NCBI GenBank assembly: GCA_048940645.1
Contig: JBHLOI010000030.1
Coordinates: 1-44,761, forward strand
Direction: 5' to 3'
DNA length: 44,761 nt
Origin: Promethearchaeota archaeon
GTDB taxonomy: Archaea > Asgardarchaeota > Lokiarchaeia > Sigyniarchaeales > SOKP01
The position numbers were made by a program, and so were the translations under genes. A model generated the notes under the pieces. That model was not told where the DNA came from and made no database searches. It was given only the letters and a program-made list of their open reading frames with translations. How positions within the stretch are numbered: the first letter of the stretch is position 1; the number at the start of each line of letters is the position of its first letter. Shown here one piece after another: positions 1 through 9,303 of this stretch.

Positions 1-1940
1 AAGCAAGCCTTATCCCAAAGTTACGGCTCTAATTTGTCGATTTCCCTAGCCTCCTTTACACGAATACGCCTTAGGCTGCTCACCTAGGGGCACCTGTGTC
101 GGTTCTGGGTACGATCACGGCGTTCCTTATGCTTGCCTTTTTATTAAGTCCTGGGCTCAGCGGAACCTTCCACAATTGGATGGCTATTCATGCTTTTAGC
201 TGGGTCTAAGTTTTACGCTATTTACCAGCTTTAATACATTTAAGTAGGGAAATATTCGACGACCCTACTCCACTTACCCGGAACTGTCAGCAAAGCATCA
301 TGCGTTACCGCTATTTGTAGCGCCGTGGTACAGGAATATAAACCTGTTTCCCTTTCGCGCAAACCAGTTAAGGGTGCGCTTAGGATCGACTAACTCTTCG
401 CTGACGACGCATTGCGAAGAAACCCTTGCCCTTTCGGCGGATGGGATTCTAACCCATCTATGCTTTTACTCTCGCCAGGATCTTCGCTCCAGGTCGCTCC
501 ACAGGAGCTCACGCACCTACTTCTACGCAACCTGGACGCTCCCCTACCAGATCATGGGGTTCTACCGCCCATGCTCTTGGGTCTCGGTGGCAGATTTGAG
601 CCCCGTCCATTTTCGGGGCTATATTTCTCGGCAAATGAGTTGTTACACACTCGTTAGGGAGTGGCTACTTCTATACCTATCCTTTTGCTGTCTTAGAAAT
701 ATAACGCCCTTTAGTGTAACACTTAACCTGCACTTAGGGACCTTAACCCAAGTCTAGGTTGTTCCCTTCTCGGCGATGGACTTTACGCCCACCAACCCGT
801 CTCCCAGAGTCTACGGTGCCAGCAGTTTCGGAGTTTAAGAGCGAAGCGAGGGATTTCTCCCCCATACTTTACAATTAGTGCTCTACGCCACTGGCTACCT
901 CATCTGAGGCTTGGCTGATACCAACTTCGGGGAGAACCAGCTATCACCGATCTAGATTAGCCTTTTGCTCCTATTCCCAGGTCATCCAAGCGAATTGCAC
1001 GTCAGCACTGGTGCAGACCTCCATCACCCTTTCGAGCGACTTCATCTTGCCCAGGAATAGATCGACCGGCTTCGGGTATTATAACAGTGACTCTTGGCCC
1101 TTTTAGACCATTCTTCTGGCTTAAACCCTTAGAAGGCTTCACTACGTCCTTTTGGAGCGGCTGAACCACCCCTTAGTACGCAGATCTACCTAATGTGATA
1201 ATTAAGTTGTAAGAATATTGGTTTCCCTTTGCCTTCGCGCCGTAAGACGCTTAAGCTCGCCACTACTATAAACTCCCTGGCCAATGATTCCAGACTGATG
1301 ATGCAACCCTAGTCCTCTACATTCTGATATTCTGTCACCAGAACTCATTCACGCAGAATCTGTCCTTTCAGGCCGCATCCTTACTAAGCTATTTGGTTTC
1401 AAGCGCTTTTCACGACCCTTCCGGGTTTCTTTTCATCTTTAGCTCGCGCTACTATTTCGCTATCGGTCTTGGGACATATTTAGATTTGCCAGCGTGTATC
1501 TGGCATGTTCGTACGAGAAAACCATCCCGCACTACTCAGGATACCACGCAGCAGCCTTCCAAATTGCGGTTACGCGGCTGTCACGCTCTATGGCTCAACG
1601 TTCCAGGAGTATTCACCTTCTTTGGAGAGGCCGTACGAGGTCCGTACACCACATTTCCACTAGGTTTCCCTAGGGATTCGGTTTGATCTATTCCGCTTTC
1701 GCTCGCCGTTACTCACGGAATCACTATTGTTTTCTTTTCCTCCTGGTACTAAAATGTTTTACTTCCCAGGGTTCCCCTTCCCTGCCGGGAATCTTGCAGA
1801 TTATTAGGCTGCAAGTGGATGTCCTATTCGAGAATCTCGGGGTCAATGTCTACATGCGACTAACCCGAGCTTATCGCAGCTTGTCACGCTCTTCATCGGT
1901 GCCCAAGCCAAGATATCCACCAAATAGCGGAGGCGTATTG
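1..1940 (-). rRNA. rrl: 23S rRNA, 5' part (runs off the window start; 5' end approximate)
   Basis: GC-rich relative to its flanks. The reverse complement matches conserved LSU motifs (+ strand GGAGAACCAGCTATC, TTCGCTCGCCGTTACT, GCTTATCGCAGCTT, CCAAGATATCCACC near the 5' end). Confidence 0.97.
1110..1216 (-). other. Expansion segment ES9 in 23S rRNA (about 107 nt)
   Basis: Insertion between conserved TTAGAC and GGTTTCCC (E. coli H28-H31 region), closed by ATTCTT/AAGAAT and CTTAA/TTAAG pairing. Confidence 0.75.
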
Positions 1941-2280
1941 GCGTCTACTTAAGGAAAGATTCAGATTGCTTGCACTAAGGCTTGTGTATTTAGAGACGAT
2001 AATATATAAAATTAATATCGAGACGATATTTGATTACTATATATGAGGAGTATGTTCCTATGAGCACGAAACCTACTTATTTTCAATGCTTGGCCCGGAA
2101 TCCCTAAAACAACCGATGTGTTGATTATTTTAAGCATACATTTCCCGTAGCACCAGACATTTTGACTAAAGTCTTTCCTGGTGTACTTCCATGAAGCCGG
2201 TGCCTGCTATTGGTCATATATCATCAGTTTATGATGAGATATTTTTACCAACCAATAACTTATCAATGGTAAAAGATTTG
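1941..2280 (-). ncRNA. Structured 23S pre-rRNA leader / processing-stem region
   Basis: Higher GC than other intergenic DNA. Inverted repeats: CACCAG/CTGGTG (2151-2183), TCATCA/TGATGA (2221-2237), TTTTACCA/TGGTAAAA (2243-2274), ATATGA/TCATAT (2041-2219). Confidence 0.55.
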
Positions 2281-2545
2281 TAATTTTATGACATACAGAA
2301 GTACCATCGACGAAATATAAGAATAATTTCTTAATTAAAAATTTTATGGTCAAAATTAATAAATTTTAAAAGTATAATACACAGATTTTAGATTTAGAAT
2401 TAAATGATTAATAAACAATAATTTTAAAAATTTAATATCTCCGAAGTCTGAAAAAGGATGATAAATCTTAATATAAATTAGGAAATAGTTTGCTTTAACC
2501 CAAATAGATTGGTAAAGTGATACAAACGAAATTAAAATATGAAAA

Positions 2546-3424
2546 GTGAATATTTTGAAAGAAAAAGTACTAATTGGAACCTCTGGGTGGAGCTATGATG
2601 AATGGATTGGACCTTTTTATCCTCAAGGATTGACTAAAAAAGATTTTCTGTCATACTACTCCCAAATTTTTTATACAAACGAAATTAATTCTACATTTTA
2701 TAATATACCATCCCGTCATATAGTGGAGAGTTGGGTTAAGAAAACTCCTAAAGATTTTCTTTTTACCGCAAAGATTCCTCAAATTATTACACATGAAAAA
2801 AGACTAAATGTTGATGAATGCCTAAATGATTTAGATTATTTTTTAAAAGTTATGAACCCATTAATAGAATCCTCAAAATTGTTAGCTTTTTTAATACAAT
2901 TACCGCCTTCATTTACTAAGGATAGAGATTTTGCCAATTTAAAAGAGTTCATTGCAAATTGGCCTGAAGATTATAAACGAGAGAATTATTACCTAGCTAT
3001 TGAATTTAGAGATAGATCATGGATGCAGGATGAAGTTTTTACTTATTTAAAACAAAAATCGTTAACATATTGTGCTGTAATTGAACCATTATTACCACCT
3101 CGTATGGATATTACTAATTCTGAATTTGCCTATATTCGATTTCATGGATATGGTAAGGATATTTGGTTCGATTATTTTTTTAATGAAGAGGAAATAAAGA
3201 ATTGGGCAGCTTCTATAAAAGATGTGATAAAGCAGACACCTAATATTGGTATTTATTTTAACAATCATTTTTCTGGATATGCTGCAAAAAATTCATTAAT
3301 GATGATGAGAGAATTAAATCTTAAGCCAAGAAATATACCAAATGAGATTAGTATTTTAGAAATTAAGAAAAAATCAGGTTCACTATCTAAAGGTCAATTA
3401 GGCCTTGACAAATTTTTAAAATGA
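2546..3424 (+). CDS. DUF72 (YecE-like) protein
   Basis: IGTSGWSY, EINSTFY, FTAKIPQ.ITH, QLPPSF, EFR, YIRFHG, YFNNH motifs. Confidence 0.92.
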   Translation: MNILKEKVLIGTSGWSYDEWIGPFYPQGLTKKDFLSYYSQIFYTNEINSTFYNIPSRHIVESWVKKTPKDFLFTAKIPQIITHEKRLNVDECLNDLDYFLKVMNPLIESSKLLAFLIQLPPSFTKDRDFANLKEFIANWPEDYKRENYYLAIEFRDRSWMQDEVFTYLKQKSLTYCAVIEPLLPPRMDITNSEFAYIRFHGYGKDIWFDYFFNEEEIKNWAASIKDVIKQTPNIGIYFNNHFSGYAAKNSLMMMRELNLKPRNIPNEISILEIKKKSGSLSKGQLGLDKFLK

Positions 3425-3446
3425 AATTAAGTTATTCAAATTATTC

Positions 3447-4430
3447 ATGGATCAAAAAAAGATTAAAATTGGATTTATTGGGGCAGGTTCTATTGGTAGC
3501 TTATTTGGTGGATATTTAGCAGCAATTCAATCTAAAAGTTATTTAATAGAAGTAATCTTTTTCTGTAAAGAAGATCATGCTAAAAAAATAAACAAAAATG
3601 GTCTTAAAATTGATCTAAAAGGTTCTGTTCGTATCGTAGATAAAATAAAAGCATTTAAAAATCTTGAAGATTATATTACTAGCCAAGTGGATAAACCTAA
3701 TGGATTCGATTTTATTTTTCTTACAACAAAAACTTATGATATTGAAAATGCTTTATTTCAATATATGGATCTAATAGAGGAAAGTAAATGGTTGATTATT
3801 TTACAAAACGGAATTGGAAATGAAGACAAGATAAAAAAATATTGTGACAAAAATAAAATTGTAAGAATTATCACATCTCATGGTGCATTATTGGAAAACC
3901 CAGGTTATGTTTATCACAAGGGGACAGGTTTTACATATATTGGATTTCCCTTTCAAGATTTAAAAAATAGAGGGGAATATCAAGATACTCGCTATTTACT
4001 TGAAGAAATATTAAAATTAGCTGGTATTGAAAGTTCCTTTACTGAAAATATTATTGAAAAATCATGGGAAAAAGCGTTTATTAACATCGGTATTAATGCT
4101 CTTGGAGCTTTAACGCGCTTAAAAAACGGAAAGTTATTAGAAAGTAAAGGATTAAAGAAGATTATGGCAGAAGCTGTTAAGGAAGCTCTAAAAGTCGCAG
4201 AATTAAAAGAAATAGAGCTTTCCAAGCAAAATTTTATTGAATTAACCTTTTCTGTAGCAAAAGAAACATGCAATAATAAAAATTCAATGTTGCAGGATGT
4301 TTTAAAAGGTAAAAAGACTGAAATTGATTTTATGAACGGAAAAATTGTTGAATATGCGAGAGAATTAGGATTGGAAGTTCCTATTAATGAAATCTTAACA
4401 GACTTAATAAAGGGTTTAGAGGAGTCTTAA
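3447..4430 (+). CDS. panE: 2-dehydropantoate 2-reductase
   Basis: GAGSIG Rossmann motif, TKTYD, LQNGIG, WEK..IN..IN, SMLQD...GKKTEID..NG. Confidence 0.93.
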   Translation: MDQKKIKIGFIGAGSIGSLFGGYLAAIQSKSYLIEVIFFCKEDHAKKINKNGLKIDLKGSVRIVDKIKAFKNLEDYITSQVDKPNGFDFIFLTTKTYDIENALFQYMDLIEESKWLIILQNGIGNEDKIKKYCDKNKIVRIITSHGALLENPGYVYHKGTGFTYIGFPFQDLKNRGEYQDTRYLLEEILKLAGIESSFTENIIEKSWEKAFINIGINALGALTRLKNGKLLESKGLKKIMAEAVKEALKVAELKEIELSKQNFIELTFSVAKETCNNKNSMLQDVLKGKKTEIDFMNGKIVEYARELGLEVPINEILTDLIKGLEES

Positions 4431-4439
4431 AGACAGAAT

Positions 4440-4964
4440 CTATGCTTTTAAAGTCATATAATAAGCATTTTCTCCATCTCGATAATATTTATTTTTTATA
4501 CTATGAGTTTTAAACTTAAATTTCTTATATAGACTTATCGCGAGATAATTACTTACTCTCACTTCCAGTACAAATTCATCAATATTATGGTTTTTTACTT
4601 TTAACATTGATTTATTTAATAAAGTTGAAGCAATTCCTAATCTCCTGTAATTTTTTAAAACAGCTATCGAGACTAAGTGCCCTTTATTTGTAAATTCTAG
4701 ATTGTATTTTGAGGGTAGTTTTTCAACTCTCCACATAATATAACCAATTACTTTCTCACTAGAATTACACGCTACTAAAAAGGAATCAGCATAGTTGTCA
4801 AGAATACTTTTATAGAAAAAATAGGGATAATCTTCTGGTAATTCTTTCTCATTTACCTCAATCACCCCCTCTAAATCTTCTAATGTACATCTTCTGATTA
4901 TGATTGAATCTTTATCAGTGAAAATATTGAAATATTTAGTCTGTGTATCCTTATCAGTACCCAT
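4440..4964 (-). CDS. N-alpha-acetyltransferase (Ard1/RimI GNAT family)
   Basis: LPEDY, GHLVSIAV...YRRLGIA, LEVRVSN..AI.LY, YYRDGENAY. Confidence 0.93.
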   Translation of the reverse strand: MGTDKDTQTKYFNIFTDKDSIIIRRCTLEDLEGVIEVNEKELPEDYPYFFYKSILDNYADSFLVACNSSEKVIGYIMWRVEKLPSKYNLEFTNKGHLVSIAVLKNYRRLGIASTLLNKSMLKVKNHNIDEFVLEVRVSNYLAISLYKKFKFKTHSIKNKYYRDGENAYYMTLKA

Positions 4965-5061
4965 CTTTAGTTTTACTCGTGCTTTAATTGAAAAAATTTA
5001 GCTATATAAGATATTATTTTAGGAATTTTTAAGCTTTTTTAATTGAAAAATAATTTTAAAT

Positions 5062-5865
5062 TTAATCCTTCAGAATCTTAAGTACTTCTTTCTTTTGTTT
5101 TTCAATATACTTAATTATTAAATCAAGAGCATCTTGTATATTTTTTTTATTATTAAATAGCTTGATTATGTTTTGAAGTTCTACTTTTTTTAACTTTTTT
5201 TGTTTTTTTGCAATTTCTATCATTTTTGGTAAGACTCTGATAATGTTATCTACAATAGTAATGTCTGCCCAGATTGATGTTCTACTTATTGGATTCAAAT
5301 CAACTGCAATAACTTTTTTATCCAATTTTTTTAAAGCTTCTGTTCTATCACCATCTTCTAATGGAACAAATACAACATCTGCTAGTTTAATTCCATGAGG
5401 ATCCACTTTTCTTCGATTACTGGAAAGTTCTTGAATTTCAATCATTATATCCTCATTAATTCCAAGAATATTCCTTGCTCCCGCATTTTCCAATAATGCT
5501 TTAATAGCTTCAATTCTTCCTTTTTTTGCATAAAATAAATTCACTTCTAATTGAGCATTTGTAACATTTGAAAAATCTACTAACTCTTTGGCGCATAGGG
5601 CAGCTGTGTTGCCATTTACACTTATTACTGGATGTTCAGCTAGTAACATTAGAGCTACTGCAGCCTCTATTGCTTTTTTCGCGTTTTCATTAGTTTTTTC
5701 TCCGAAAATATAATCAAAGCATTCTCCTCTACCATGTGCAATAAGACCGGCTTCTGCTACAATTAGTTTTTCCATTCCCTCTATAATTTTATGACGATAT
5801 TTAAGGCTTAGATAACGTGGATGATCTTCTGGTATTTCATCATAAAAATTTTTATTTGGAGTCAT
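5062..5865 (-). CDS. 4-phosphopantoate--beta-alanine ligase (phosphopantothenate synthetase)
   Basis: HPRY.SL, GLIAHGRGE.FDY, ISVNGN, VPLEDGDR, DLNP.SRT. Confidence 0.93.
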   Translation of the reverse strand: MTPNKNFYDEIPEDHPRYLSLKYRHKIIEGMEKLIVAEAGLIAHGRGECFDYIFGEKTNENAKKAIEAAVALMLLAEHPVISVNGNTAALCAKELVDFSNVTNAQLEVNLFYAKKGRIEAIKALLENAGARNILGINEDIMIEIQELSSNRRKVDPHGIKLADVVFVPLEDGDRTEALKKLDKKVIAVDLNPISRTSIWADITIVDNIIRVLPKMIEIAKKQKKLKKVELQNIIKLFNNKKNIQDALDLIIKYIEKQKKEVLKILKD

Positions 5866-5959
5866 ATTTTCGAGTTTCAGAAATTTTAGTATTATATATA
5901 GTTTAAAATAAAGAAAAACTATTAATTTTTTGTATCTTTTAATATTTCAGTTGATAAAT

Positions 5960-7234
5960 ATGAGTTCGGTTGTTGAAAAGAAAAGTAACGACTTACAGAT
6001 TTATAAAACTAAAAAATTATTAAATTATTTAAAAGGTAAAAAAGGTTTTCATACTGAGTTAGTATCGTTATATATTCCTCACGATAGAAAAATTTCTGAT
6101 GTGACTAATTATCTGAAAAACGAGGTTAGCGAGAGTCAAAATATTAAATCAAAATTAACAAGAAAAAATGTACTTGATAGTATTGCCAGTCTTTTAGGCC
6201 AATTAAAAAATATAAATACTAGTCCAGAAAATGGATTGATAATGTTTTCTGGAGCAATTCCACAAAACAATACTCCAGGTACAGAAAAAAATGAGTTATA
6301 TATTGTAGATCCCCCAGAAAAAGTTATAACCTTCAGGTATCACTGTGCAAATGAATTTCTATTATGGCCTCTAGAAGAAATGCTTGTACCAAAGGAAACT
6401 TATGGTCTTCTTGTTATCGGAAGACAAGAATCTGCTGTTGGTTATATAAAAGGAAATCATGTTGAGATTGTTAGAGAATTTACCTCAGGAATTCACAGTA
6501 AGCATAGAGCAGGAGGTCAATCCCAGAGGCGGTTTGAAAGATTAATTGAAGAGGGGGAAAAACAATTCTATAGGAGAATATCCGACGAAATTAATGAACT
6601 CTTTTTAGAAATGGAAGATTTAAGGGGGATTTTTATTGGAGGGCCAGGCCCCTCGAAAGAAAAGTTTGTAAATGATGAAAGTATGGATTATAGATTAAGA
6701 GAGAAAATATTAGATGTAGTTGATCTTGGATATGGTGGATCTGAAGGAATTCGTGCACTTATTGATAAAGTAAAAGATAAAATTCAAGATGTAAAATATA
6801 TTCGTGAAAAACAAGTTATGCAAAGATTCATGAAAGAAATTGCTAACGATACCGGAATGGTAACTTATGGTCTTGAAGATGTACAGAAAGCATTAACTAT
6901 AGGTGCTGTTGATACCTTAATATTCTCTGAAAAATTAGATACTTATAAAGTTAAGATAGAATGTTCTAATTGTGGATATATTGAAAATCGTACCACGAGT
7001 GAACAGAATATTATTAATGTAGAGTCTTCTGTACAAGAAGAAAGTTGTCCAAAATGTAATTCAAATACCTTTAATGTAACTGATAATATTTCAATGATTG
7101 AAGAACTTGGGGGTATTGCTGATACAATGGGAACAGAAATTGATATTATTTCTTCTGAAACTGAAGAAGGAGAAATGCTACATAGCACATTTGGGGGCAT
7201 TGTAGCTATCTTGCGTTTTAAACTTAACTATTAA
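5960..7234 (+). CDS. prf1: Peptide chain release factor aRF1 (ATG at 5960 preferred over TTG at 5930)
   Basis: TELVSLYIP, NIKS, YxC, GGQS, GGPG, C-terminal Zn-ribbon insert, FGGIVAILRF. Confidence 0.97.
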   Translation: MSSVVEKKSNDLQIYKTKKLLNYLKGKKGFHTELVSLYIPHDRKISDVTNYLKNEVSESQNIKSKLTRKNVLDSIASLLGQLKNINTSPENGLIMFSGAIPQNNTPGTEKNELYIVDPPEKVITFRYHCANEFLLWPLEEMLVPKETYGLLVIGRQESAVGYIKGNHVEIVREFTSGIHSKHRAGGQSQRRFERLIEEGEKQFYRRISDEINELFLEMEDLRGIFIGGPGPSKEKFVNDESMDYRLREKILDVVDLGYGGSEGIRALIDKVKDKIQDVKYIREKQVMQRFMKEIANDTGMVTYGLEDVQKALTIGAVDTLIFSEKLDTYKVKIECSNCGYIENRTTSEQNIINVESSVQEESCPKCNSNTFNVTDNISMIEELGGIADTMGTEIDIISSETEEGEMLHSTFGGIVAILRFKLNY

Positions 7235-7309
7235 TCAGAATTGAAATTAAAAGGGGTCATTCGAAATAATTTTATAAAATTTTAAGATGAATTAAATGGT
7301 AGATGATGA

Positions 7310-8302
7310 GTGTTGTTAAGAGATTTATTACTTAATTTAAAGATGATTATGTTTGGAGGGAAGGGAGGGGTAGGAAAAACTACTTGTGCAGCAAGTTCAG
7401 CAATTTGGGCTGCTGAACATGGACGAAAAACATTGATTATAAGTACTGATCCTGCTCACTCATTAGGAGATAGTTTAGGAATGGAGTTACCTCCAGGTGA
7501 ACCTGTGCCTGTAAAGGATGTTGAGAATTTAACTGCCCTGGAGATCAATCCTCAAGCTAAAGTAGCAGAAATTAAGAAATTAACTGAAATAAATCCAATA
7601 GGAGATCTAGGGATGATGGGAGATATGATGCAAAGTATGTTAGATGGGATGGCAGGAGATACAGATGAGGGAATGTCGCTAAATCCTCCTGGTATTGATG
7701 AAACTTTGGCTTTTGGAAAAGTTTTAGAATTTATTGAGACAGAACATGATTATGATTTAATTATTTTCGACACTGCTCCAACTGGACATACACTTAGATT
7801 ATTAGGACTCCCAGAAACATTGTCTAGTTGGATTGGGAAAATTCTAAAATTAAGATTAAAATTAGGGCGAATTTTTGGTAAATTTAAAAAATTATTTGGA
7901 GGAGGAAATGATCAACAAGATGATTCATTAGAGGTATTAGAAAGAATGAATGATGCTATAATAAATGCTAGAGAAGATTTAACCAATCCTAACGTAAATT
8001 CTTTTGTAATTGTTATGATTTCCGAAGAAATGGCAATAGCAGAAACAGGAAGATTATTAAATCAATTAATAAAGTATAGTATACCTAATTCAAATATTGT
8101 TATAAACCAATTATATCAGGATCCCTCTGAATTATGTGAATTTTGCAAGTCTCGTAGAGCTATGCAACAAAGAAATCTAAAAAAAATTAAAACTATTTTT
8201 CAAGACAAATTAAATAAAAATCTAATAGAAGTACCCTTATTTAAAGATGAAATAAGGGAATATGATATGTTAAAAGAATTTTCTAAACGTTTAATCGATT
8301 AA
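7310..8302 (+). CDS. Get3/TRC40 (ArsA family) ATPase
   Basis: GGKGGVGKTT, STDPAH, PGIDE, DTAPTGHTLRLL, Met-rich insert, C-terminal CEFC. Confidence 0.9.
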   Translation: MLLRDLLLNLKMIMFGGKGGVGKTTCAASSAIWAAEHGRKTLIISTDPAHSLGDSLGMELPPGEPVPVKDVENLTALEINPQAKVAEIKKLTEINPIGDLGMMGDMMQSMLDGMAGDTDEGMSLNPPGIDETLAFGKVLEFIETEHDYDLIIFDTAPTGHTLRLLGLPETLSSWIGKILKLRLKLGRIFGKFKKLFGGGNDQQDDSLEVLERMNDAIINAREDLTNPNVNSFVIVMISEEMAIAETGRLLNQLIKYSIPNSNIVINQLYQDPSELCEFCKSRRAMQQRNLKKIKTIFQDKLNKNLIEVPLFKDEIREYDMLKEFSKRLID

Positions 8303-8303
8303 C

Positions 8304-9266
8304 CTAAACGTTCAATTCTTTTTTTAGTTTACAAAAAGTGCAAATTTTAGCAATTCCAGTTGGGTATCCACAAATGTTACAACTATAATATTTTTCCTTT
8401 CCATGATGATCATAAAAAAGTTCAGAAAGTTCTAGAAATCCATTTAACAAATTAAATTCAATTTCAGGACTATACTGTTTACAAGATTGAATGAATTCTA
8501 AAACTCTCTTTCTTATTATTGGATCAACTTCTCTATAAGGACAATGAGGAGAATAATAATCAAACTTCTTTGTATTAGCATATATTTGTATTTCTTCTTC
8601 AGGCAGTTTTAATAATGGAGATATTTTTTTGATATAATAGGTTCTTAATTCTTTGTTTTCTTCTTTTAATATAAATTGACTTCCAATTAACTTTAATCTT
8701 TTATAAAGGATATTCATTAAGAATGTTTCTGCTACATCTGTTAAATTATGTCCGATAGCCAAAACATTTCCACCTAATTCTTTTGCTCCGTCATTTAGTA
8801 GTCTTCTTCTTATTGTGGCACAATAATTACACGCGTATTTATAATCAGGATCATGCTTTTTTATATTAATAATCTCATCTAAAGTTAAACCAAATCTCTC
8901 TTTGAATGAAAGAATTTTGTATTCGATATCATATTTTTTACAAAATTTTTTTGCTATTTCAATACATTTTTCTCTATAACCCCTAATCCCTTCATCTATA
9001 GTTAAAGCTATTATTGAGTTAGTTTCATGTACTCTTTTTTGAATTTTTATAAGATTATAGAGGAGAGTGGTTGAATCTTTTCCTCCAGATAAAGCAATGA
9101 TAATTTTATCTTTGGGTTTAAGCATGTTATATTTTGATATAGTTTTTGCTATAATTTTTTCAATACTCGTTTCAAAGCAATTTGCACATAAAAATTGCCC
9201 TGAATGTTTTCTAAAAATTAGAGCTTTTTTCTCACAAAGAGAACAATTTGATTTTCTTTCATGCAT
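8304..9266 (-). CDS. tRNA 2-thiolation protein, Ncs6/TtuA/CTU1-like (likely start MHERK at 9266)
   Basis: N- and C-terminal CxxC fingers, PP-loop SGGKDS, CNYC, GHNLTD.AET, CPY. Confidence 0.88.
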   Translation of the reverse strand: MHERKSNCSLCEKKALIFRKHSGQFLCANCFETSIEKIIAKTISKYNMLKPKDKIIIALSGGKDSTTLLYNLIKIQKRVHETNSIIALTIDEGIRGYREKCIEIAKKFCKKYDIEYKILSFKERFGLTLDEIINIKKHDPDYKYACNYCATIRRRLLNDGAKELGGNVLAIGHNLTDVAETFLMNILYKRLKLIGSQFILKEENKELRTYYIKKISPLLKLPEEEIQIYANTKKFDYYSPHCPYREVDPIIRKRVLEFIQSCKQYSPEIEFNLLNGFLELSELFYDHHGKEKYYSCNICGYPTGIAKICTFCKLKKELNV

Positions 9267-9303
9267 TTTAAGGTTATTAATGTGGATCACTCTGAATAAT
9301 GTA

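Noticed and set aside
374-1952. Four + strand ORFs (374-757, 412-657, 1393-1686, 1683-1952)
   Set aside because: They are antisense to the 23S rRNA and arise from GC-rich structural RNA.
1993-2030. GAGACGATA direct repeat upstream of the 23S gene
   Set aside because: Only two short copies, one within a small hairpin; not a CRISPR or iteron array.
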